From contig JAKSJM010000006.1 in assembly GCA_024398075.1 (NCBI GenBank), positions 1,607-65,606 on the forward strand: DNA of 64,000 bases. Direction: 5' to 3'. The number at the start of each line of letters is the position of its first letter. Positions within the stretch are counted from its first letter, which is position 1. The position numbers were made by a program, and so were the translations under genes. Source of the DNA: Bacteroidales bacterium (GTDB lineage: Bacteria; Bacteroidota; Bacteroidia; Bacteroidales; UBA932). This document shows, one piece after another, positions 31,391 to 39,550 of this stretch. The notes beneath the pieces are model-generated. The model searched no databases. It was not told where the DNA came from and was given only the letters and a program-made list of their open reading frames with translations.

Positions 31391-32254
31391 ATGCCTCGTA
31401 AGCTTGTCATAGTTTTAGGGCCCACCGCCTCAGGCAAGACAGACTACAGTCTGGAACTTGCCACAAACTATGGCTCGCCCATAATCTCCTGTGACTCTCG
31501 TCAGATCTACAAGGAGATGTGCATCGGGACTGCTGTCCCTTCTGCTTCACAGCTTGCAGCCGTGAAGCATTATTTTATCCAGACCAAGTCTGTACAGGAC
31601 TACTACACAGCAGGAATTTACGAAGCAGAAGCCCTAAGTCTGATTGATCAGCTCTTTGCAGAAGGCCATGAGACCTTGGTGATGACAGGTGGGTCGATGT
31701 TCTATATTGACGCCATCTGCAACAGCTTGGACTGCATACCTACATCCGATCCATCTATCAGGGCCGCATTACAGGAAAGACTTGATAAAGAAGGCATTGA
31801 ATCACTCAGGGAAGAGCTTAGGAGAAGAGACCCCGAAGGTTACGAAGCCATGGAACTCTCGAACACACAGAGAGTTTTCAGAGCAGTGGAAATATGCATC
31901 ACCACAGGAAAGCCATACTCCTCTTTCAAGAGGGCTCCAGGAAGTACAGACAGAGGGTTTGAGATAGAGAAGATAGGCATTTCCAGGCCAAAGGAAGTGC
32001 TTTACGACCGCATAAACCAGAGAGTGCTGAAGATGATGGAGATGGGTCTTGTGGACGAGGTGAAATCGCTGGTTCAGTACCGCGACCTCACTGCTCTTCA
32101 GACTGTAGGTTACAAGGAAATATTCGACTATCTGGACGGCACTACAGACCTCGATGAGGCTGTACGACTCATACAGAGAAACACACGCCACTACGCGAAA
32201 AGACAGATGACTTGGTGGAGACGAGATCCAAGCATCAAGTGGATGGAGTTCTAA
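31391..32254 (+). CDS. miaA: tRNA dimethylallyltransferase
   Basis: LGPTASGKT, DSRQIYK..IGTA, GGSMFY, TVGYKE, TRHYAKRQMTW. Confidence 0.98.
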   Translation: MPRKLVIVLGPTASGKTDYSLELATNYGSPIISCDSRQIYKEMCIGTAVPSASQLAAVKHYFIQTKSVQDYYTAGIYEAEALSLIDQLFAEGHETLVMTGGSMFYIDAICNSLDCIPTSDPSIRAALQERLDKEGIESLREELRRRDPEGYEAMELSNTQRVFRAVEICITTGKPYSSFKRAPGSTDRGFEIEKIGISRPKEVLYDRINQRVLKMMEMGLVDEVKSLVQYRDLTALQTVGYKEIFDYLDGTTDLDEAVRLIQRNTRHYAKRQMTWWRRDPSIKWMEF

Positions 32255-32289
32255 AAAAATAGGCTAGCCCTCATGGGCCAGCCTATTTT
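32253..32289. terminator. Bidirectional terminator between miaA and the surface-lipoprotein cassette
   Basis: AAAATAGGCTAGCCC-TCAT-GGGCCAGCCTATTTT, one mismatch, with A/T tracts on both sides. Confidence 0.85.
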
Positions 32290-32311
32290 GATTATTATCT
32301 ATATCTACGAA

Positions 32312-35245
32312 TTAGTTCTCCTCATAGATAGTGATGTTATTGGTCGCACTCTGCTGCTCTGCATTCCACCTAGATCCATCATAGAACACATGGAATGTAT
32401 ATGCGCCCGAACTGTTCTTATGTTTAAGGTTCTGGCCATCGAAAGACCATACAGCATAGCCATTGACTGTGGTGACGAGGACAACGTCATTGTTTACCGA
32501 AGTATTACCACGAGCAAGGTAATAAGAACCATTCTTAAGGGTTATGCTACCCTGAGCAGTATAGTTACTATTAGTACCTGCTGTCCATGTGATTGCTTCA
32601 GCTGCATCAGCAGCGACGGTAAGGGTGTTGCCGCTTACCCTGCCTGCTACAGAGTAAGCCTCATCAGTTCCATTGTCATTCTTGAGCGCGTTAGTGCCAT
32701 CCACGATCACATACTTCTTTCCTGAAGTGAAACTGCTAACCTTCTTGAAGGTCTTGTCAGTCGATGGGGTTACGGTACCGCTGCCATTACCTTCAACATA
32801 CTTGTAGAGGGCAAGCTGCATTTCTGAAGCCTCAGAGTTCTTTGCCTTGAAGAATGAACTATAGGTAGAATAGTACATGTACTGAACGCTACCATTCATA
32901 TTTCTAGACATGGTAAGCACACCAGCGTTGATAGCGAATTCGCTGCTGTATCCTCTTTCGGTCTGAGCCTGGAAAGTAGCAGAACCATTGTTTAGTACAA
33001 AGTAGTAATCAGTGCCGTTGTATGCCTTAGGAACTCTGATGTAGTAATAATTCGCACTGTTTGTGTTCGCCTCAAGAATTACCTGGCAAGCATCTATAGC
33101 ATCACTTGCCTCTATCGTTGAGTCAGCTACTACTGCATTGATGGCATTTGCAGTATTCTCGGAAGCGAATGCACCGTTTGAGTAGATAGGCTTGAACACC
33201 TTTGAGCTTGAGCCGTTGTCGAATACGATGATATACTTGCCATTGTCGGTAATCTGGCTAACAGACGTTACCTTCTCATAGTGAGCAGTTACAGCTGGAG
33301 TAGCAGGGCTTGTCACAGTGATAGTGAACTGAGCGCTACCTGCATTAAGGGTAGCAGTAGCCTCTGCAGAAGCAGTGATGGTAGCCGTACCTGCGCCCAC
33401 TACGGTGACCACGCCTGAAGCGGCTACAGTAGCCACAGCCTCATTTGAAGATGAATAAACTACTCCTGCAGTATTTCCGCTGAGGGCATTTGTGAATGGT
33501 GCATCACCTACGTTCTTGGTGACCTCTGCCTGAGCGAACGAGAGGTTTCTATCCTGCTTAACTGCGGTAGCTGTACCCTCGAGAAGATAAAGCTCGAACT
33601 CTGTTGCTGAAGAATAGTAACGGAATACATAAGTGCTACTACCGCCATAGTTGAGATAGTACTCACTGCTTCTACCTGCCTTATTCTTGAAGGTCACGCC
33701 TGTAGCCCCAACTGCCACCTCGTGAAGATAGCTGTCATCAGCGGTAGATGAGAAAGCAACGTTTGGAGCGCTACCAGAAATGGTGTACAAATAACCAGCG
33801 GAAGTCTTGATGAAGTACTTGCCATTCTTCTCCGAGAGCTCCACTGCAGCAGCATCCACACTTGCTGAAGAAGCAATGACGCCCTCTGCTGGGGTAACCT
33901 TGTTCTTGTAACCTGCACTAGCCTCGTTTGCATCAAATGCATAGTAGCTACCGCTCTGGCTTTGTACAACGATAAGGTAGGTGCCTGGGACAATGTTACC
34001 AGATGACTTTACATAGTTCTTTGCGCTTGATGCAGGCTCTGTGACTGTCAAGGCATAAGAAGCCTGGGCTGCATTATAGGCTGCCGTAGCAGAAGCCTTG
34101 GCAGTGATTACAGCACTTCCCTTTGCAACAGGGGTTACAGTACCATCGTTTGCCACAGTAGCCACAGCAGTATTTGATGACTCATAAGTAACAGTGGCAC
34201 CAGTAGCAACACCCTTAAGGGTAGGTGACACATAAGCCACAGCACTGAGCTCGTAAGAATCCTCGGAAATTCTATTGCTACCCTTGAGGAAGTAGAGTTC
34301 CTGATCCTGGAGTACTCCAGTTGAAGGGACAGGGGTAACCTTGCTCATATCTACAGCAATGTTCTTGAAGTCAGCGGTGCTGAAAGACAATGTCTTTCCT
34401 GCAGCAAATGACTTAGTGTAGATATACTGGTCTGTAGTGACTTCGATGCTAAGGATTCTCTTGCTACCTGGAAGTGAGAGGAAATAAGCATAGAAAGTGC
34501 TCTCTGCAGGAACAGCGACACCTGCACCGTAAGACATGGTAATGGTCTCGGAGCCATTTGTCTCGTCGAATGTCACAGTACCATTTGCGAAATCGATCGC
34601 AGAGTAAGCGGCAGATGCTGTAAGCTTATCAGCAGATACGATTTTAACGGTCTTTATAAGCTGGCCCTCGATGTTCATGATAGCGAGTCTAGATGCGCAT
34701 ACAGGACGAACGAAGTGAAGGTCTACCTGCTCATCAGACTTTGAATCCTGATAAACGACCTGACCGTCACCTACGAGGAAATCTGCATTTGGATCTATGA
34801 GTGAAACACTATTTGGGTTCTGTACTGCAGGAATCACGAACTTGCCATCTACCTGCTGTGCAACGACACCAGAATAGGTATAAGTCTCGGCTCCAGCCTT
34901 GGTAGAAGGAGGGGTGACGATGATAGACATGTCCTGGCCGAAAGAAGCCTTGAAATGAGCGAGCTCATAGCTTCCATCGATAGGTGTGGTCATTTCGACA
35001 TCAGTACCCTCTGTAGCCTCGCCCTGGAAGATCTCGTAGAGGTGTACATTCTCAATCGCTGTGTTTATCCAGTTAGGGACAAACTTCATTGCAAGTCCGG
35101 TCTTGGACTGCTCTGAGAGGCTGGCGCAAAAAGTGATGCTCTTTGGTCCATTTACCTGCTCGATAGGCTGCTCCATGCGGTTGCAGGAGTTAAAGCCTAA
35201 CATAGTAAGTGCGCAGAGCGCAAGTGTAACAATATATTTTCTCAT
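32312..35245 (-). CDS. Fimbrillin/Mfa-like surface lipoprotein (977 aa) with two Ig-like (Big_2-like) and three ~150-aa beta-rich modules
   Basis: Lipobox LGFNS|C; ITFCASL..QSKT pilin-like N-terminus; YESSNTAVATV / YSSSNEAVATV Ig repeats; modules starting YxKxS..GxYxIV and ending LYK/IYE. Confidence 0.7.
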   Translation of the reverse strand: MRKYIVTLALCALTMLGFNSCNRMEQPIEQVNGPKSITFCASLSEQSKTGLAMKFVPNWINTAIENVHLYEIFQGEATEGTDVEMTTPIDGSYELAHFKASFGQDMSIIVTPPSTKAGAETYTYSGVVAQQVDGKFVIPAVQNPNSVSLIDPNADFLVGDGQVVYQDSKSDEQVDLHFVRPVCASRLAIMNIEGQLIKTVKIVSADKLTASAAYSAIDFANGTVTFDETNGSETITMSYGAGVAVPAESTFYAYFLSLPGSKRILSIEVTTDQYIYTKSFAAGKTLSFSTADFKNIAVDMSKVTPVPSTGVLQDQELYFLKGSNRISEDSYELSAVAYVSPTLKGVATGATVTYESSNTAVATVANDGTVTPVAKGSAVITAKASATAAYNAAQASYALTVTEPASSAKNYVKSSGNIVPGTYLIVVQSQSGSYYAFDANEASAGYKNKVTPAEGVIASSASVDAAAVELSEKNGKYFIKTSAGYLYTISGSAPNVAFSSTADDSYLHEVAVGATGVTFKNKAGRSSEYYLNYGGSSTYVFRYYSSATEFELYLLEGTATAVKQDRNLSFAQAEVTKNVGDAPFTNALSGNTAGVVYSSSNEAVATVAASGVVTVVGAGTATITASAEATATLNAGSAQFTITVTSPATPAVTAHYEKVTSVSQITDNGKYIIVFDNGSSSKVFKPIYSNGAFASENTANAINAVVADSTIEASDAIDACQVILEANTNSANYYYIRVPKAYNGTDYYFVLNNGSATFQAQTERGYSSEFAINAGVLTMSRNMNGSVQYMYYSTYSSFFKAKNSEASEMQLALYKYVEGNGSGTVTPSTDKTFKKVSSFTSGKKYVIVDGTNALKNDNGTDEAYSVAGRVSGNTLTVAADAAEAITWTAGTNSNYTAQGSITLKNGSYYLARGNTSVNNDVVLVTTVNGYAVWSFDGQNLKHKNSSGAYTFHVFYDGSRWNAEQQSATNNITIYEEN

Positions 35246-35265
35246 ATCTATTTTATTTCTACCAT

Positions 35266-35409
35266 TTAGAGTTCATCATCATCGCCAGGGAACCAAGGAA
35301 GGTCCTCTCCTGGGTGATTAGGGCTGTTACATATAACAGCCATCTCTTCGACCTCGAAGAATTCTATCTCCGGGGCCGAATACGATGTATTGCTATCAAA
35401 AATCTTCAT
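35266..35409 (-). CDS. Small YxxP-motif peptide (47 aa): MKIFDSNTSYSAPEIEFFEVEEMAVICNSPNHPGEDLPWFPGDDDEL
   Basis: Manual translation (below the 60-aa track cutoff). Fills the gap between the two lipoprotein genes (12 nt and 20 nt spacers); alternative ATG at 35415; motif-level similarity to 39264..39392. Confidence 0.75.
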   Translation of the reverse strand: MKIFDSNTSYSAPEIEFFEVEEMAVICNSPNHPGEDLPWFPGDDDEL

Positions 35410-35421
35410 AATCATCTATTT

Positions 35422-38400
35422 TTACTGGAGCATTGCTGCTCTGAATGCAGAAATCTGCGACGCAGTGATACCTGCATCAAGAAGGATATTCTCAGCCTTC
35501 TCCTTGAAGGTACTGCCCTTAGAGTAGTTCTGAATTCTGTTCATACCCCATGAGAAGTAGATATCATTATGCTTTCCATCACGATCTCTTGTGCCGACAC
35601 TACTGAAAGATGTCAACTCATAGTCGATTGAACAATCCTTAGGAGAAACTCCGAGAACAGCCTCAAGCAGCATACAGATGTATCCTGTACGGTCTGCGCC
35701 GACGTAGCAGTGGATGTAGCAAGCGTTTCCTGTCGTTACAGTGTTAATGATATCAGTAAAGGTAGTCTTGATCTTCTGGGCATTTGAAAGGTCAGTAGTG
35801 CTGTTGAAGCCAGCATTGGAATAACCGACGCCCTTGTTGCGCAAAAGCGAAACCTCACCAGCCACGGTGCCACCACTACCCCAGCCAGATGCTCTAAGGT
35901 CGATATCCATTCTTACTCCCATATAATCATAGAGGACAGCAAGTTCTGAATTACCTATAGCGCTCATGTTTGATCCACGGAATACGAGATTATACTTCAG
36001 GGTCTTTCCGTCTGTAGTCTTCATGCCACCAAGGTCACGGCAGTTGTTTGCATAGTCATTGCCATATGTATCGCTGACCTTGATCATGCGGCGACGACCC
36101 TCTGTCGTGAATGAGCCAGATGCCACTGTAGCATTTGAGGAATTCGCAACTGTGTAGTAGTAGGTTCTGTTAGGGATGAGGTTGTAGATGTCAATGCTAT
36201 AGCCAGAAGTTGTCTCAGACTTCTCGAGCTTTGTCTTGGCTGCATCATTGTAGATGTAGATAGTCTTTGTACCAGCAGCGGCTGCTGACCAGGAAAGTGA
36301 TACTGGGTTAGGAGTATCCTTACGGTTAGATGCACTGTTCGAACAATACTGGGTAACTACAGAGGTGGTGCTCCAGTTGCCATCGGTATATGCAGTAGCT
36401 GCGGCATCGAAATAGCTCTTTACTGAAGCATTCTCAAGATTGAATACAGAACCAGATGGGGTATCAGTTCCTGGATTATCACCAGGCTGGCCAGGATTTG
36501 GATCTGTTCCAGGGGTGTCACCACCTGTGGTGCCATTTGTCAACTTATAAAGCTGGATGCCTGCACCCTGGGTAGAGCTATACACGAAGCCGGAACTATA
36601 CTGGAGATAATACTTGTTGAATCCATTGGAGTTTCCTGAACTTACTACCTGAACAGCGCCATTTGAATAAGAAATGCCGTGATTGTAGGTATATGTGTTG
36701 CTATCGCTGGTGTTCAACTTAGTATTTGTGCTCTGAATCTGAAGTGCAGAGCTTGAATAATAGATGTACTTGCCCTCCGAATTCTTGATGTCGTATGCAG
36801 GCTGCGAGAGATTTGCATGTGTCGAGCCAGTACCCTTCACTGTGAGAGCGTACTTGTCAACTACGCCATCAGAAACAATGGTTCCATTTGAAATGGTCAC
36901 ATTTACAGCATAGCTACTTGCATTTGAAGAGAATGCAGCAAATGCTTTCTTGTTTGTCTCATCCACGAAGAGATAGGTACCATCCCAGCTAGAAGGAGCG
37001 GAAGTAACCTTCACATACTTTGCAGACTCATCTGGCTGAGGATCGGTTCCTGGCTGTGTGCCTGGATCTACAGTCGCAGAACCGGTATACTTATAAAGGT
37101 ATACACCATTTCCGCCATGTGAACCACCGAACTTGAAGAAAGTCGAGCCATTTGAAGATTTCAAGTAAAGATACTGATCATAACTACCCTGCTGCATCCA
37201 GAAGCCGAAGGTTCCATTGTTCATGGAAGCATTGAAGTTAATGGCCTGAGCTGTGCTGCTAAGACCGATACCGGTGGTACCATCACCATCGCCAGAATAG
37301 TTACAGTAAACATACTTGCCGTCCTTCATGAGGTAGTAGCTGTTTCCATTCTTGCTGATAGTAAACTCATAGCCGCTGAGGCCTGACTTCACAATCACAT
37401 TGCCACTGAAGTCAGAAGAAGTGAGAGCGACAAGGTTCGATGTGGTGTTCGAACCGGTGAAGAGGTAAGCCTTGTCAGCAGAAACAATGACATACTTGCC
37501 AGACCAGTCAGTAGGAACAGAAGTCACAAGCTGGTAGCCTGCTACGCCCACAGGGGCAGCCTTGATGGTAAGGGTATATGAAGCAGTCGCAGCATTATAT
37601 GTGTTACTTTCAGCTGCAGAGGCAGTAATGGTAGTTGAGCCTGCTGCCACGATCCTGATCTTGCCATTAACGATCTGAGCGACACCCTGATTTGATGAGG
37701 TATAGCTAACGGTAGTCTGCGCACCGGTGAGAGCCTGGATATCGTAGCTGCTACCTACCTTATATGTATCACCCAATGTCCAAGTAACTGTAGGGGCTGC
37801 GAAAGCAAGAACCTGATCAGACTTGACTACAGGAGCGCTAGCGCTTTCCGAATACTTGTAGAGATAAACACCACGTCCTCCGTGAGAGCCACCGAACTTG
37901 AAGAAGTTCGTATTGTTTACAGTCTTATAATAGAGGTACTGGTCTACGCCACCTTCCTCCATCCAGAAGCCGAAAGTGCCATCAGTCATATTTGACTTGA
38001 ATGAAATAGCATGTGGAGTATTGCTAAGTCCAATACCTGTCTCTCCGTTTCCATCTGTAGAGTAGCTACAATACATGTATTTACCATCCTTGATGAGGTA
38101 GTAGTTGCTACCACTCTTTGATACATTGAATACATATGCATCGAGACCTGTCCTTACGAGGACATCACCATCAAAGTCAGATGGGCTGAGAGCGACCTTG
38201 TTTGGATTCTCTGCAGAACCAGTGAAAAGGAACTCTCTACTTGCAGAAACTATGACATAGTCACCAGACCAGTCTGCAGGCTCTGAAGTAAGGAGTTCAT
38301 AACCAGGAACCGCAGAAGAAGGGTCGTCAGGATCCTTTTGATGATTCTCATCGAAGTTAAGATTCAGGGTCTTCTCGTATCCTGCCATGAAAGATGTAGC

Positions 38401-39243
38401 ATTTGCTAGGTTGAATACATGGTAGAAAGTGATGGTCTTATCTGCTGCAGAAGGATTAACTGCGATCACCTTCACCTTGATGCTGCTTGAAGCAGGTGCG
38501 GTGAATGGAATAGTTCCCAAATAGAAGTTACCTACTTCGCCAGCAGCCACAGAGGTACCCTCTACGACCTTAAGTACTGCCTGCTGAGAAGAAGTCTGGG
38601 TAGAAGTCCACACTGGCTCGTCAGGAGTAATGTCACCCTCAAAATCGCCACAGATCATCACAGGAGCGTCCATTACGATCTGCTTGATGATGATAGGGTG
38701 CTGAGTAGTATTTGTAACCTTGAACTTAAGACCAGCAAGGGCATTCTTCATGGCAATGCTGATGCTTGTGGTATTTGACAAGCCAAGTTCCTTGCCATAA
38801 AGAGGGAAATTCTCTCCAGCGAAATGAGATTTGTTGTCATTTCCCGTCTGAACCTGCTCCGCGAGGACCTTTACCTTTATCTGATCTGCAGATACATTTT
38901 CACTTGAATAAGGGTAAACGGTGTACCAATTATTTACACTGGCAAGTGATGATACCTTTCCCTTGAATTCATTATCTGCGCCCGAGTAGGTGAAACGGCT
39001 TGAGTAATATCTGCTTCCTCCATCCTGAATATGAAGGACAGAGATAGCATCATCCGCACACCATAGAGTGCTGTTTCCCTGATTAATTGTACGCGTCTCT
39101 GTACCAAGTGACGCAATGACTGTGCAGTCAACCGATTGAGTCTCAAAAACGTCAACTTCCTCAATGGTCTTACAAGATGCAAAGAACATTGCAGACACGA
39201 GAGTCAACGCAACGACTCGATAGAAAAACAATAAATGTTTCAT
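35422..39243 (-). CDS. Fimbrillin-like surface lipoprotein (1273 aa) with repeat modules and a C-terminal Cys-based tyrosine/lipid phosphatase (IphP/MptpB-like) domain
   Basis: Lipobox FFAS|C + KTIEEVD; GTETRT, W...DAISV, WYTVYPY pilin-like N-domain; three beta-rich modules plus one Ig repeat; P/G/T/D linkers; FN3-like YNLIPNRTYYY; phosphatase NCRDLGG, FRGS, DIDLR, HCYVGADRTG (35683-35712), DYELT. Confidence 0.8.
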   Translation of the reverse strand: MKHLLFFYRVVALTLVSAMFFASCKTIEEVDVFETQSVDCTVIASLGTETRTINQGNSTLWCADDAISVLHIQDGGSRYYSSRFTYSGADNEFKGKVSSLASVNNWYTVYPYSSENVSADQIKVKVLAEQVQTGNDNKSHFAGENFPLYGKELGLSNTTSISIAMKNALAGLKFKVTNTTQHPIIIKQIVMDAPVMICGDFEGDITPDEPVWTSTQTSSQQAVLKVVEGTSVAAGEVGNFYLGTIPFTAPASSSIKVKVIAVNPSAADKTITFYHVFNLANATSFMAGYEKTLNLNFDENHQKDPDDPSSAVPGYELLTSEPADWSGDYVIVSASREFLFTGSAENPNKVALSPSDFDGDVLVRTGLDAYVFNVSKSGSNYYLIKDGKYMYCSYSTDGNGETGIGLSNTPHAISFKSNMTDGTFGFWMEEGGVDQYLYYKTVNNTNFFKFGGSHGGRGVYLYKYSESASAPVVKSDQVLAFAAPTVTWTLGDTYKVGSSYDIQALTGAQTTVSYTSSNQGVAQIVNGKIRIVAAGSTTITASAAESNTYNAATASYTLTIKAAPVGVAGYQLVTSVPTDWSGKYVIVSADKAYLFTGSNTTSNLVALTSSDFSGNVIVKSGLSGYEFTISKNGNSYYLMKDGKYVYCNYSGDGDGTTGIGLSSTAQAINFNASMNNGTFGFWMQQGSYDQYLYLKSSNGSTFFKFGGSHGGNGVYLYKYTGSATVDPGTQPGTDPQPDESAKYVKVTSAPSSWDGTYLFVDETNKKAFAAFSSNASSYAVNVTISNGTIVSDGVVDKYALTVKGTGSTHANLSQPAYDIKNSEGKYIYYSSSALQIQSTNTKLNTSDSNTYTYNHGISYSNGAVQVVSSGNSNGFNKYYLQYSSGFVYSSTQGAGIQLYKLTNGTTGGDTPGTDPNPGQPGDNPGTDTPSGSVFNLENASVKSYFDAAATAYTDGNWSTTSVVTQYCSNSASNRKDTPNPVSLSWSAAAAGTKTIYIYNDAAKTKLEKSETTSGYSIDIYNLIPNRTYYYTVANSSNATVASGSFTTEGRRRMIKVSDTYGNDYANNCRDLGGMKTTDGKTLKYNLVFRGSNMSAIGNSELAVLYDYMGVRMDIDLRASGWGSGGTVAGEVSLLRNKGVGYSNAGFNSTTDLSNAQKIKTTFTDIINTVTTGNACYIHCYVGADRTGYICMLLEAVLGVSPKDCSIDYELTSFSSVGTRDRDGKHNDIYFSWGMNRIQNYSKGSTFKEKAENILLDAGITASQISAFRAAMLQ
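36541..38304 (-). repeat. Intragenic repeats of a ~150-aa module (two closely related copies ~37846-38304 and ~37078-37539, one divergent ~36541-37020)
   Basis: Shared strings DWSG.YVIVSA...LFTGS, SDF.G, NxYYL.KDGKY.YC.YS.DG.G.TGIGLS, GTFGFWM, FFKFGGSHGG.GVYLYKY. Confidence 0.9.
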
Positions 39244-39263
39244 GAATATATAATATAAATAGA

Positions 39264-39392
39264 TTAATTCAACTCATCTGGATCCTCTTTCCAATCCTCA
39301 ATACTACCCGCAAGAGTACACTTGAAAGTATCTAGATAGACTATCTCAAGCTGCGGGGCATCATAATCTAGAGACGACGTAATAGTTTTCAT
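39264..39392 (-). CDS. Small YxxP-motif peptide (42 aa): MKTITSSLDYDAPQLEIVYLDTFKCTLAGSIEDWKEDPDELN
   Basis: Manual translation. First ORF after the -7 promoter box at 39425-39418 and 20 nt upstream of the 1273-aa lipoprotein; paralogous pattern to 35266..35409. Confidence 0.75.
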   Translation of the reverse strand: MKTITSSLDYDAPQLEIVYLDTFKCTLAGSIEDWKEDPDELN

Positions 39393-39417
39393 ATAGGCTT
39401 CACTCAATAACTAACTG

Positions 39418-39425
39418 CAAATATA
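39418..39425 (-). promoter_or_regulatory. -7 box (TATATTTG) driving the peptide/lipoprotein cassette
   Basis: Exact TAnnTTTG followed by CAG, 25 nt before the first small-ORF ATG, in a very AT-rich upstream region. Confidence 0.72.
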
Positions 39426-39491
39426 CAAAATATTAATCTACATATATACTTATATATCAAAAACTTAAGGCGTATCAATATTAAATATTTT

Positions 39492-39533
39492 AAAAAACAG
39501 AATGAGCCGGTCCCCATCAGGGATCGGCTCATT
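39492..39533 (-). terminator. Rho-independent terminator of the MFS-ROK-FKBP-DUF3127 unit
   Basis: Minus strand AATGAGCCGATCCC-TGATG-GGGACCGGCTCATT followed by CTGTTTTTT. Confidence 0.8.
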
Positions 39534-39550
39534 AATTATTGATTCTATCT

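Noticed and set aside
35422-36450. Phosphatase domain as the cognate Wzb for Wzc
   Set aside because: It is on an exported lipoprotein 20 kb away and belongs to a different family from LMW-PTP/PHP partners of the cytoplasmic Wzc kinase domain.
35266-39392. Lasso-peptide/RiPP biosynthetic cluster suggested by the YxxP peptides
   Set aside because: No RRE/PqqD, leader peptidase, asparagine-synthetase-like cyclase, radical SAM or peptide exporter lies nearby; kept only as a motif resemblance.
39440-39490. AT palindromes (ATATATA-CT-TATATAT; AATATT-A-AATATT) upstream of the cassette promoter
   Set aside because: Low-complexity AT sequence is self-complementary by chance.
32255-39533. Lipoprotein cassette as a mobile element or diversity-generating retroelement target
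   Set aside because: It looks somewhat more AT-rich by eye, but I saw no integrase, transposase, reverse transcriptase, tRNA, att-like direct repeats or template/variable repeat pair.
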